From contig JAUWGH010000005.1 of assembly GCA_030606485.1 (NCBI GenBank), forward strand, positions 10,129 through 74,128: a stretch of DNA of 64,000 bases, given 5' to 3'. Shown here in pieces: positions 9,065 through 18,481 of the stretch. Made by a program: the position numbers and the translations under genes. The stretch's first letter is position 1, and every line of letters starts with the position of its first letter. The stretch comes from Promethearchaeota archaeon. Lineage in GTDB: Archaea; Asgardarchaeota; Lokiarchaeia; Sigyniarchaeales; SOKP01. The notes under the pieces are model-generated. The model saw only the letters and a program-made list of their open reading frames with translations. It did not search any database and had not been told where the DNA came from.

Positions 9065-9120
9065 TTTTAAAGCCTCTTTTCTTCTATTTTTATTTTTTTG
9101 ATTATTTTTATTCTAAAAGA

Positions 9121-9522
9121 TTATATAATTTTTGCACCACAACCAGAACAGAAACGGGCGTTTTCTTCAATTCTCTCGCCACAATACGGGCAATAGCTTG
9201 CTTTTAATTCTTTCTCAGGAGCGATAAATTGATTTTGTGATACTTCATAAATATTTTGTTGACTAGTTTGAACTTCATAGGGTTGAGAAACTTTCTGATA
9301 AGGAGTTTGAACCTCAATAGGCTGAGAATCTTGCTGTAAACCCGGAACTATAGTATAACAGTGCACACATCTATTTTCTGGCTTAGAGTAATAAATTATG
9401 AGGTATATAATTAGTCCACAACCACAAGTGAAACAAATTAGGAAAAATGCCAACATCCAATCAATATCTTCGCGAACAAGAAGCACGTTTTGGCGACAGT
9501 TTGGGCAATATCCATATGGCAT
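9121..9522 (-). CDS. LITAF-like split zinc ribbon / hydrophobic anchor protein with C-terminal zinc ribbon (paralog 2)
   Basis: 133 aa. Layout: CPNC - 13 aa ending W - 23 hydrophobic aa (MLAFFLICFTCGCGLIIYLIIYY) - 6 aa - CVHC, then a Q/P/E/S-rich repeat linker (QPIEVQT / QPYEVQT), then YCPYCGERIEENARFCSGCGAKI. AGGTGT SD lies 8 nt upstream of the ATG. Confidence 0.7.
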   Translation of the reverse strand: MPYGYCPNCRQNVLLVREDIDWMLAFFLICFTCGCGLIIYLIIYYSKPENRCVHCYTIVPGLQQDSQPIEVQTPYQKVSQPYEVQTSQQNIYEVSQNQFIAPEKELKASYCPYCGERIEENARFCSGCGAKII

Positions 9523-9614
9523 TTTTTTCTACACCTAATGTTTTATTTTTAATAACCTTTATTTTTAAAATATCTACTTAGATATTTAAGGGTTCTATAG
9601 ACCAAATATTAATT

Positions 9615-10133
9615 TCAATCTCCTTCATTTAAATCAGCACCACACGAAGAACAGAGTTCTTGTCCCTCATCTGAAATTTTTGAACCACAAAATGGGCAAA
9701 AAGCAATCCTTCTATAAAAAATAACAGCATTTTTAATCTGTGGAATTTCCTGAACCTGTTTAGGTTCTATTAATTTTTCAGTGGTCTCCATCTCTGACTC
9801 TACAGAACCTGTATGGGTCTCTTCAGTGGGAACTGAATACATTTCTTTCGGTAATTCCAAAGTTTTAGTTAAATCTTGACCTGGAGGTATTATCACTACT
9901 ATATTATTACATTTTTTACACCTATTCTTTTTTCTTCTAAAGTATAGATATATCAGCACGGGTGTTGCTAAACCTAATGTAACAATAAGAACTATCGTCC
10001 ATACTAATATTACACTATCTTTAAATGGTTTTCTTTTAATTTCTACATATTTTTTACAAATCGGACAAAAGTTTAACTGATTTTTCGATATCACTGATTT
10101 TTCAATCTCTAATTCTTCTAATTTTATAATCAT
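9615..10133 (-). CDS. LITAF-like split zinc ribbon / hydrophobic anchor protein with C-terminal zinc ribbon (paralog 1)
   Basis: 172 aa. Layout: FCPICKKYVEIKRKPFKDSVILVW - hydrophobic TIVLIVTLGLATPVLIYLYF - RRKKNR - CKKC, then an acidic/T-rich linker, then FCPFCGSKISDEGQELCSSCGADL. Confidence 0.7.
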   Translation of the reverse strand: MIIKLEELEIEKSVISKNQLNFCPICKKYVEIKRKPFKDSVILVWTIVLIVTLGLATPVLIYLYFRRKKNRCKKCNNIVVIIPPGQDLTKTLELPKEMYSVPTEETHTGSVESEMETTEKLIEPKQVQEIPQIKNAVIFYRRIAFCPFCGSKISDEGQELCSSCGADLNEGD

Positions 10134-10140
10134 AAATATT

Positions 10141-11085
10141 TTATTTAACTTTATTTCCCAATTTTTGATTTAATTTTTCATATTCGTCTGGAAAAAATCT
10201 CCGTAATAATCTAATCCAATCAAATCCAATTAACATTGCTCCAGTTATTAATATGAACCACCCAAAGATCCTAATTACTTCAGCTTTAATATGAAAGATA
10301 TGATATGGAAATATATCAACTGGAAAAAAAATGAAAAAAATTCCCATTGATGATAATATTATACCCAAAAAGTAAGTATTTAGAGGTTTTTCAGTATAGA
10401 ACATATTCTTTTTATCATTTATTGTTTCATTATCATCAATACTTGTATTTTTATCAGAATTGAGGGATAAAAATTTAAAATTTATAACATCTTTCCAATC
10501 TCTTCCCACTAAAAAACTCCCGAAATATAAAAGCAGAGTTAGTAATATTATAAAAACGGTTCCAATAATATGAAATTCAGTTATTAATTTTTCTTTAGAA
10601 ATCCAAGTGAGTCTTAATAAAAATAATCCTATCGCTATTAGTATTAAAATTATACCAGCAAATCCTTCATGCACATGATGTCTCCCCTTTATAATATTAC
10701 TTTCAAATTTATGTTGATATTTTGTAATTAGAAATAGTGAATGAACCGAAAAAAAGGGAGCAATGCAACAAACACAAAGTATTATTATAAATCCCCATTG
10801 AAATAGAGTGAGTTTTGAAAAAATTGAGAAATAAACACAAATAACGAAATTATAGATCCAAGCACCAATACTTATGATATTTGAAACAAAAAATAGATAT
10901 TTATATTTCTTATATTTTAAATTTAAGAAGATAATTAAAAAAATCCACCCTACAATAAAAATGAACATACCCTTATATAATTCATTGCCTTGTGGATGTT
11001 GAAAGTAATTCCAGAAGCCAACGCCAATAAAAATAGCAATTAAAATAAAAACTGATAAAATAATAATAGTATATTTTCTATTCAT
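10141..11085 (-). CDS. polytopic membrane protein, unknown function
   Basis: 314 aa with about 8-9 hydrophobic segments. It ends 7 nt before the first zinc-ribbon paralog on the same strand. Confidence 0.65.
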   Translation of the reverse strand: MNRKYTIIILSVFILIAIFIGVGFWNYFQHPQGNELYKGMFIFIVGWIFLIIFLNLKYKKYKYLFFVSNIISIGAWIYNFVICVYFSIFSKLTLFQWGFIIILCVCCIAPFFSVHSLFLITKYQHKFESNIIKGRHHVHEGFAGIILILIAIGLFLLRLTWISKEKLITEFHIIGTVFIILLTLLLYFGSFLVGRDWKDVINFKFLSLNSDKNTSIDDNETINDKKNMFYTEKPLNTYFLGIILSSMGIFFIFFPVDIFPYHIFHIKAEVIRIFGWFILITGAMLIGFDWIRLLRRFFPDEYEKLNQKLGNKVK

Positions 11086-11131
11086 TGATTAATTAAGTTT
11101 AATTACAATCTTATTTATTTTTTACATAATA

Positions 11132-11743
11132 ATGGTCAGAGCGTTTATTGTTTTGGAAGGAATTGACGGAAGCGGAACTACAACCCACTCTCAACTATTA
11201 ACTAAATTTTTAGAAGAAAAGGGATTAAATGTCCACTTAACACAAGAACCATCATCAAGTATAATTGGAGATTTACTAAAAAAGATTTTATTGGATGAAA
11301 ATATTCCTCCTGAAACAGATGCTTTGTTATTTGCTGCTGATAGATACATTCATTATATAAATGAAATTGAGAAAAAACTTGAAAATGGATATATTGTAAT
11401 TTCAGATAGATATCTTGAATCTTCAATTGTGTATCAATCTTCTCAAACAGATCAGATTTCAATTGAATGGATTGAAAATATCAACAAATTCGTTGGAATA
11501 CCAGACATAACTATAATTTTAGATTTACCTCCTAAAGTCTCATTAAAAAGAAAATTATCTCATTTAAAATCTACGGGTAAAAATAAAGAAAAATTTGAAA
11601 ATCTAGACTTTTTAGTAAAAGTACGAAACAGATTTTTAGAGAGGGTAAAGGAGAAAGGATATAAAATCATAAATTCTGAGAATTCTATTGAATTGGTTCA
11701 AAATGAAATTCAAAACTATATAAAAAGCCAATTGAAGTTATGA
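11132..11743 (+). CDS. tmk: thymidylate kinase
   Basis: P-loop LEGIDGSGTTT, with DRY motifs (AADRYIHY, ISDRYLESS). Confidence 0.9.
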   Translation: MVRAFIVLEGIDGSGTTTHSQLLTKFLEEKGLNVHLTQEPSSSIIGDLLKKILLDENIPPETDALLFAADRYIHYINEIEKKLENGYIVISDRYLESSIVYQSSQTDQISIEWIENINKFVGIPDITIILDLPPKVSLKRKLSHLKSTGKNKEKFENLDFLVKVRNRFLERVKEKGYKIINSENSIELVQNEIQNYIKSQLKL

Positions 11744-11808
11744 ATAATTAAATAAAATACTTAACTTAAATATATAAATTAAATATCTTTTTATTTATTG
11801 GATTTTAT

Positions 11809-13047
11809 ATGAAAGCCCTAAAACTTATTGCAGACAAATATTTTGATGAGGATATTCTATTTAATCATGTTAAACATTTTTCTTATCCTCGATTATCTGG
11901 ATCTGAAGGTGAAAAGAAAGCAATAAGAGAAGTTGCGGAAACTTTTAAAGAAATTGGTTTTAATGATGCTGAAATAAAGGCAGAAAGTTTTATTTTTTCT
12001 GATTTCTATTCTACAACGTTAATTAAATTTATAATGATGCTTTCTCTTATGAATATGTTCCTGTTTTTTGTCTTCACATATTTTCAGACTATCTTAAACA
12101 CCATTTTAGACTTAGTTTTAATATTAATCTCGGGGATTATTGTATATTTTTTATTAAAAGGTTTAAAGCATCCGGAAGAAACTGCATTTATAGCAAAATA
12201 TTTTGGAAAATTAATTGAATCAAAAAATGTGTTCATAAAAGTTCCTGCAAAAAAAATTGATCCAAATAAAGCCGGAAACATAATATTTTCGGCTCATATT
12301 GATTCAAAATCTCAAGCCTATTCAACAACAATACGTGTTTTTGTTTATAAAGTATGGATATATGCTGGATTTTTTGCAGCAATTTTTATTTTAATAGATA
12401 TCATAATAGACATTGAATGGATAAAAATCGCAGCTAGGATTGCTACAGTTGTAATTATGATAGATAATATAATATTACTGCTTTTAACTACAGGAAATAA
12501 ATCTTCTGGGGCATTAGATAATGCTTGTGGTATGACATGTGTCTTTGAAATTGCAAGATATTTTAGAGAACACCCACTTAATAGTTTTAATGTCTGGTGT
12601 TGTCAATTTGGCGCTGAAGAACTTGGAACTATGGGAAGCCGCAATTTTTGTAAAACTTATGAAGATCAATTTGTAATTGGGAAGATCTTTCAATTCAATT
12701 TTGAGATGCTCGGAATTAAAGGAGTAAAACATAAAGTACAGATGATGGAAAAATATGGCATTCCAAAAAAAAATATCTCTCCCACTTTAATAAAATATTT
12801 AAAAAAAGCTGCCCAAAAAATTGACTTGTATATTGAAGGTTTTTATTTAACAACGGGAGCTCATACTGATACAGTACCTTTTCACCAACGAAACTATGAT
12901 GCAATCGATGTAATGACTCGTGAGAGTGCAATATATGCGCATACAAAAAAAGATACTATAGATAAAGTTGATAAAAGTATTTCAAGAGAAGCATGTTTAA
13001 TAACAGTTCAAGCCGCACTTTTACTTGATAAAAATTTTAAAAAATAA
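11809..13047 (+). CDS. membrane-associated M28-family metallopeptidase
   Basis: 412 aa. FSAHIDSKS (HxD), GALDNACGM, GAEELGTMGS (EE) and HTDTVPFH, with hydrophobic segments between the N-terminal and catalytic parts. Confidence 0.7.
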   Translation: MKALKLIADKYFDEDILFNHVKHFSYPRLSGSEGEKKAIREVAETFKEIGFNDAEIKAESFIFSDFYSTTLIKFIMMLSLMNMFLFFVFTYFQTILNTILDLVLILISGIIVYFLLKGLKHPEETAFIAKYFGKLIESKNVFIKVPAKKIDPNKAGNIIFSAHIDSKSQAYSTTIRVFVYKVWIYAGFFAAIFILIDIIIDIEWIKIAARIATVVIMIDNIILLLLTTGNKSSGALDNACGMTCVFEIARYFREHPLNSFNVWCCQFGAEELGTMGSRNFCKTYEDQFVIGKIFQFNFEMLGIKGVKHKVQMMEKYGIPKKNISPTLIKYLKKAAQKIDLYIEGFYLTTGAHTDTVPFHQRNYDAIDVMTRESAIYAHTKKDTIDKVDKSISREACLITVQAALLLDKNFKK

Positions 13048-13068
13048 AATTAAGTTTATGAATAGACA

Positions 13069-14073
13069 ATGAGTGATTGGATATCTTATTTGAAAGAGGA
13101 TCCAACGGAATGGTTATTAGAACCAGATAATCCCTCTGTAAGATATCTGACTTTAACTGAAATTTTAGAAAAACCTGTTAGTGATCCTCAAGTAAAGAAA
13201 ACAAGAAATGAAATAATGAAAATAGGACCGGTTCCGAAAATCCTTGCAAAGCAAAATAATGAAGGATATTGGGGGCTCGCTGGAGATTTTTATCAGCGGT
13301 CTAAGTATAAAGGAACAGTCTGGTCTCTCATTATATTAGGCGAACTAGGTGCCGATGGAAATGATGAGCGAATTAAAAAAACTTGTGAATTTCTTCTTAA
13401 AATTTCCCAAGATTATGAAAGCGGAGGTTTTTCACATCATGGTGATCTAAATAAAGGAGGTAGACATAATGATATTATTCCATGCTTAACCGGCAATATG
13501 GTTTGGACTATGATTAAGTTTGGTTATTTAGATGACCCAAGAATTCAAAAAGGAATTGACTGGCTTGTAAAATATCAACGTTTTGATGATGGAATAGCAG
13601 AAGCTCCAAAAGGTTGGCCTTATAGATATGAAAAATGTTGGGGAACACACACATGCCATATGGGTGTAGTAAAGACATTAAAGGCACTCGTAGAAATTCC
13701 TCCAAATAAACGCTCCAAAATGATTAAGAATACGATTGAGAACTCAGTTGTCTACTTGTTTAAGCATCATCTCTATAAAAAAAGTCATAATTTGTCTCAA
13801 ATTGCCCACAAAGACTGGATAATTTTTGGATTTCCTCGACTTTGGCAGACTGATGCCTTGGAAATGTTGGAAATTTTAACGGATTTAGGTTATAATGATA
13901 ATAGAATGCAAGATGCCATTGATCTTATGATTAAAAAACAAGATAATGATGGGAAATGGAAGATGGAACGAACCTTCAATGGACGGTTTCAAACAAGTAT
14001 TGAACGAAAAGGAAAACCAAGTAAATGGAATACTATAAACGCACTAAGAGTATTGAAAAGATTATATGGTTAA
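13069..14073 (+). CDS. alpha/alpha-toroid (prenyltransferase/terpene-cyclase-repeat-like) protein
   Basis: 334 aa. EPDNPSVRYLTLTEIL N-terminus and repeated GYWG / GGF / DGKW aromatic-glycine repeats typical of squalene-oxidase-type repeats. Function unknown. Confidence 0.4.
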   Translation: MSDWISYLKEDPTEWLLEPDNPSVRYLTLTEILEKPVSDPQVKKTRNEIMKIGPVPKILAKQNNEGYWGLAGDFYQRSKYKGTVWSLIILGELGADGNDERIKKTCEFLLKISQDYESGGFSHHGDLNKGGRHNDIIPCLTGNMVWTMIKFGYLDDPRIQKGIDWLVKYQRFDDGIAEAPKGWPYRYEKCWGTHTCHMGVVKTLKALVEIPPNKRSKMIKNTIENSVVYLFKHHLYKKSHNLSQIAHKDWIIFGFPRLWQTDALEMLEILTDLGYNDNRMQDAIDLMIKKQDNDGKWKMERTFNGRFQTSIERKGKPSKWNTINALRVLKRLYG

Positions 14074-14109
14074 AAACAATACCTTATATATTCATTTTTA
14101 AATAATTTT

Positions 14110-15387
14110 GTGAATTTATTGACTGAAAATTCTGGAAAAACTATAGCTGAGAAGATTTTAAGCGACCACTCATCTAATAAATCAGTATCACCTGGAGAAT
14201 TTATTGAAGCAGATATAGATCTTGTTATGGTTCATGAACAACTTGGTGGGCGCATCCATAAAGAATATGAAAAACTCGGATTAGATAAAGTATGGGACAC
14301 TGAAAAAATATTTTTTATTCTTGACCATTGGGTACCAGCACCCTCTATAGAAGCGGCTAAAATGCACCAAGATTGTCGAAAATTTGCAAAAAAATATAAG
14401 TTTAAGCATGATCTTGGTATGGATAAGGGAATTTGCCATCAAGTTTTAACAGAATTAGGTTTCGCAAAACCAGGAATGTTAATTGTCGGTTCTGATAGTC
14501 ATACAACAACTTACGGAGCCTTAAATTGTTTCTCAACCGGTATTGGTGCAACGGACGTGTCAGTTGTCTTTGCTACGGGAAAATTATGGTTTATGATCCC
14601 TGAAACACAAAAATTCTTCCTTGAAGGACAATTACGAGAAAAGATAATGTCTAAAGACTTAATTTTGCAAATAATTGGAGATATTTCAACGGGCGGTGCA
14701 GAATATAAATCTATAGAATTTCATGGGGATGGGGCCAAATCTCTCTCAATTGATTCTCGAATGACGGTCTCCAATATGGTGGTAGAAGCAGGAGCAAAAA
14801 GTGGAATATTTATTCCAGATAATAACTTGGTTGAGTGGTTAAAAGGAAGGTCAATATCAAACTATAAACTTACAATGCCTGATGATAATGCAGCATATAC
14901 TGAAGAATTTAATTATAATTTATCTAAAATAGTGCCTGTCGTAGCAAAACCATCAAGTCCTGATAATGTGGTACCTGTATCAGAATTACCAGAAATTAAA
15001 ATTGATCAAGCTTTTTTGGGGAGTTGCACAAATGGACGGTTAGAAGATCTGCGCCAAGCAGCCCAAATTTTAAAAAATAAAAAAATTTATCGGGATGTTA
15101 GATTAATTGTTATTCCAGCTTCAAAAGAAATATATCTAAATGCCATAAAAGAAGGATTAATTGAAATCTTCCTTAATTCCAATGCAATAGTTGGAAATCC
15201 TACTTGCGGACCCTGCTTTGGAGGCCATTTGGGTGTATTAGGACCGGATGAGGTTTGCATTAGCACCACCAATAGAAATTTTATTGGAAGAATGGGTGAT
15301 GTTTCATCAAAAATCTATTTAGCTTCACCAACTACTACAGCTGCTTCAGCGTTAAAAGGAAAAATTGTTGATCCGAGAGAGGTGTAA
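14110..15387 (+). CDS. aconitase-family dehydratase large subunit (3-isopropylmalate / homoaconitate type)
   Basis: 425 aa with a GTG start. VGSDSHTTTYGALN, GSCTNGRLEDL, and CGPCFGGH cluster ligands. Confidence 0.9.
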   Translation: MNLLTENSGKTIAEKILSDHSSNKSVSPGEFIEADIDLVMVHEQLGGRIHKEYEKLGLDKVWDTEKIFFILDHWVPAPSIEAAKMHQDCRKFAKKYKFKHDLGMDKGICHQVLTELGFAKPGMLIVGSDSHTTTYGALNCFSTGIGATDVSVVFATGKLWFMIPETQKFFLEGQLREKIMSKDLILQIIGDISTGGAEYKSIEFHGDGAKSLSIDSRMTVSNMVVEAGAKSGIFIPDNNLVEWLKGRSISNYKLTMPDDNAAYTEEFNYNLSKIVPVVAKPSSPDNVVPVSELPEIKIDQAFLGSCTNGRLEDLRQAAQILKNKKIYRDVRLIVIPASKEIYLNAIKEGLIEIFLNSNAIVGNPTCGPCFGGHLGVLGPDEVCISTTNRNFIGRMGDVSSKIYLASPTTTAASALKGKIVDPREV

Positions 15388-15396
15388 TGCAAGATT

Positions 15397-15888
15397 ATGA
15401 AAGAAATTAAAGGCAAAGTCTTTTTATTCGGTGATGACATTAATACGGATGATATCGTTCCTCATCAGTATTTAAACTTGAGGGATGATAATGAAATTAC
15501 TAAACATACCTTGGAAAATATAAGACCCAATTTTGCAGAATTTGTTAGAGAGGGCGATGTAATCGTTGCAGGTAAAAATTTTGGCTCGGGAAGTTCAAGA
15601 GAAGAAGCCGTCAATGTGCTTAAAACTCTTGGTATAAAAGCAGTAATCGCAGAATCTTTTGCTCGAATATATTTTCGAAACTTAGTAAATCTAGGAATTC
15701 TCGCTATAAAATTAAAAAAAGCAAAGGAACAATTTTCTGAAGGAGATAACATAATTATCACTTTAGATAACGGTGAAATTATAAATCAAACAAAAGATAT
15801 AAGGATCCCAATTGAAAAAATACCTGATTTCTTGCTAAAAATATTGGAATCTGGAGGAATTTTAAATAAAATTAAGAAAAGCAAGTAA
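15397..15888 (+). CDS. aconitase-family dehydratase small subunit (LeuD/HacB type)
   Basis: 163 aa. GKNFGSGSSREEA motif, 9 nt after the large subunit. Confidence 0.9.
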   Translation: MKEIKGKVFLFGDDINTDDIVPHQYLNLRDDNEITKHTLENIRPNFAEFVREGDVIVAGKNFGSGSSREEAVNVLKTLGIKAVIAESFARIYFRNLVNLGILAIKLKKAKEQFSEGDNIIITLDNGEIINQTKDIRIPIEKIPDFLLKILESGGILNKIKKSK

Positions 15889-16049
15889 ATTAATAGAATT
15901 TATTTTTAATTAAATTTATCAGGTATTTTAGGCAAACAAATTATATCTTTTATTTTTCGAAAATTCTTATCGAATGTGTAGATTCGATGTATTCTTTTTT
16001 AAATCGCTGAAATGACAGTATTATTAAAAAAGGGAAATTTAGTTAATAT

Positions 16050-16586
16050 TTACATCAAAGCTTCTATTTCTTTTTGAATATCTTCAATTCTTTTTTTAGA
16101 TTTTAATAGAATTTTACTTCTACCATACTTTTTGAACCATTTATTGAATCTCTGTTGAATAGTAACCTCTTTATGCCCCGTAAAGTGCTTATCGGCTAAA
16201 CATACAATTTTTTCTTCTAGTGTTTGAGGTAAATAGTCTTTTCTTGGTAACCCCACACTTTCCGCATCTTCTGCATCAAGCCCACCAAGAATGTGTCTCT
16301 CACAAATTAACGCTAACTCTTTTGGATACCCCATATTCCTTAAAATTTTACCACCAATAAGAGAATGCTTAAATCCGTGTGTTTTTGAACGCCCAATATC
16401 ATGTATTAGAGCTCCAATTTCTATTAAATTTTTATTGATTTCAGCTCTCTTGATCTTATTTGCAATTTCTAAAGCCTTTTTTGCAACTGCAATTGAATGT
16501 TTTCTAACATGTGCCGGAACTCTGACTTCTTTCAATAATTCTAGCACATGTTCTCTCGAAGGAATTATAAATTCTTCTTGCTTCAT
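16050..16586 (-). CDS. HD-domain (HDIG-type) metal-dependent phosphohydrolase
   Basis: 178 aa. H...ALIHDIGRSK...H..GG pattern. Confidence 0.75.
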   Translation of the reverse strand: MKQEEFIIPSREHVLELLKEVRVPAHVRKHSIAVAKKALEIANKIKRAEINKNLIEIGALIHDIGRSKTHGFKHSLIGGKILRNMGYPKELALICERHILGGLDAEDAESVGLPRKDYLPQTLEEKIVCLADKHFTGHKEVTIQQRFNKWFKKYGRSKILLKSKKRIEDIQKEIEALM

Positions 16587-16717
16587 TTCCTAAGTTTAAG
16601 CCATTGATTTTGAATGTAAAATTGATAAATTTCCAGAAAATTTTTATTAACAGTAATTATTGTAATAATATTATTTTATCCATAATAATCTTTTCAATTC
16701 CTTGAAGTAATACTCAT

Positions 16718-17656
16718 ATGCGAAAAAAGACCTATATCGAACCAGTTTGCGCCTCATGCACGTTTGAAATCGCATGTAAAACACTCAATCTTTCTCTGGA
16801 ACAAACAAATCTTAATAAAGAAAAAAAGAAAGAAATTAAATTTAGAGCAATAAAACAAATTCTCAAAATTCTAGGAGAAGAATTTTCTGAATATAGCTAT
16901 CCCTTTAGATTATCAGCAAAAGTGTATGAATCCATAAAAAATATTACCGGCATAATAGACCCTTATAAAAATCTAAAAGAACTTAGCAATAAAACGATTC
17001 TAAACCTTGAAGACTTCTTTTGGAAGGAAATAAATAAAGGTAATACTTTCAAAGAAAAATTATATTTCGCAATTCTTGGCTCGATAACCGGGAATCTAAT
17101 CGATTTTGGCACTGCCGGCCATCAAATTAACCTAGAACCAGAAAATATTAAACAAAAATTTCATCAAATCAAAACTCATGGATTAAAAATCAATCAAATT
17201 GATAAACTAATCGAAAAACTCCAAAAATACAAAAAAGTATGCTATATACTTGATAATGCCGGCGAAATTGTATTTGATAAAATGGTAATGAGATTATTAA
17301 AAGAAAATGGCATTATATCCACAGCAATCGTAAAAGGAGGATCAATTACAAACGATGCCACATTAGATGACGCAAATATGGTTAAATTAGAAGAATTTGC
17401 AGAAAAGATTATCACTACAGGCTCAAATTCTTATGGTATTGATCCAGAATTAGTGGATCAAAAATTTTTTCAATGGCTTATCAACGAACCATTAATCATT
17501 GCTAAAGGACAAGCAAATCTAGAAACATTCATGTCATTATTTGAAAATATTAAATTAAAAAATGTTTTTTTAGTCCTCCGAGTTAAATGTGATGTATGTG
17601 CCCGCTTAATTGAAAATGTAGATAAAGGAGATAACGTCTTGGAATATATACATTAA
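16718..17656 (+). CDS. DUF89 / ARMT1-like damage-control phosphatase
   Basis: 312 aa. ILDNAGEIVFD and AKGQANLE motifs characteristic of DUF89. Confidence 0.75.
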   Translation: MRKKTYIEPVCASCTFEIACKTLNLSLEQTNLNKEKKKEIKFRAIKQILKILGEEFSEYSYPFRLSAKVYESIKNITGIIDPYKNLKELSNKTILNLEDFFWKEINKGNTFKEKLYFAILGSITGNLIDFGTAGHQINLEPENIKQKFHQIKTHGLKINQIDKLIEKLQKYKKVCYILDNAGEIVFDKMVMRLLKENGIISTAIVKGGSITNDATLDDANMVKLEEFAEKIITTGSNSYGIDPELVDQKFFQWLINEPLIIAKGQANLETFMSLFENIKLKNVFLVLRVKCDVCARLIENVDKGDNVLEYIH

Positions 17657-17793
17657 ATATCTAATAATTTAATGCGCGAATAAAGAAGAAAAAGAAGTTA
17701 AAAATATCTTAGAAATCTTGTAGAAATTAAAATTTCCTTTTTTTTTTTATTTCATTTTATTCTAATCAGAAATGTTATTTTTAGAGTAATTCT

Positions 17794-18303
17794 TTAAAAT
17801 TCTTCATATGGACCGGAGGCAAAACCGAATGTGGAACCTCCAATTAATGAGCCTAGAGTTCCGCCTAAAATAATACCAAATGTAATGATTAAATCTTCAC
17901 CGGAAAATATACTTAGTAAATCTACCCCAGATAAAATGCCAAAAAGAATCCATACAAGAAAATCGATCACAAAAACTAACAATGCAGCTGCAATTCCTCT
18001 TTTAGTTCCCTTAGTGATACAAGCTGCAATTCCTCCCGTAAAAATCCATGCAAGCATATTACCGTTAAATAATCCAATTATTACTCCTACAAAATCAGAG
18101 GGCATATTAGAAAAGAAACCAATTAAATTTAAATCTAACGAAAATGCCTTTCCAATCCATCTATACAGCCCTGTGCTCGGGGAAGTTTGCAAAGTTGTAA
18201 TCATATCGCTGAAATCTATCCAATTGTAAAAACTCCAAGCCAAAAAAAAACTAATAAATATTCCTATGATAATTCCAATAGGTAATCTTCCAATTCTTAC
18301 CAT
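17794..18303 (-). CDS. glycine-rich integral membrane protein, unknown function
   Basis: 169 aa with 4-5 hydrophobic G/I/F-rich segments. Confidence 0.55.
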   Translation of the reverse strand: MVRIGRLPIGIIIGIFISFFLAWSFYNWIDFSDMITTLQTSPSTGLYRWIGKAFSLDLNLIGFFSNMPSDFVGVIIGLFNGNMLAWIFTGGIAACITKGTKRGIAAALLVFVIDFLVWILFGILSGVDLLSIFSGEDLIITFGIILGGTLGSLIGGSTFGFASGPYEEF

Positions 18304-18481
18304 TTTTTTTCTCCTTTTTCTTACAATTTGAAAATTTATTATTTTTTGTACTATTATTTATTTTAAACATAACTTAAGAACTTAAATTTTAATCTTTTTT
18401 TGTAGAAATCAAAAATTATTAAAGTTATATTTTATTAGAGTTTAATATTAAACTTATAAAAGATACTGTGTCAGAGATATT

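Noticed and set aside
15465-16593. Antisense ORFs 15465..15761 and 16291..16593
   Set aside because: They lie inside the LeuD/HacB-type and HD-domain genes respectively, which carry diagnostic motifs.
17831-18229. 132-aa proline/isoleucine-rich plus-strand ORF
   Set aside because: It is the mirror image of the glycine-rich membrane protein gene on the minus strand (GGN codons read as NCC). The membrane protein reading is more coherent, although neither reading has a known family.
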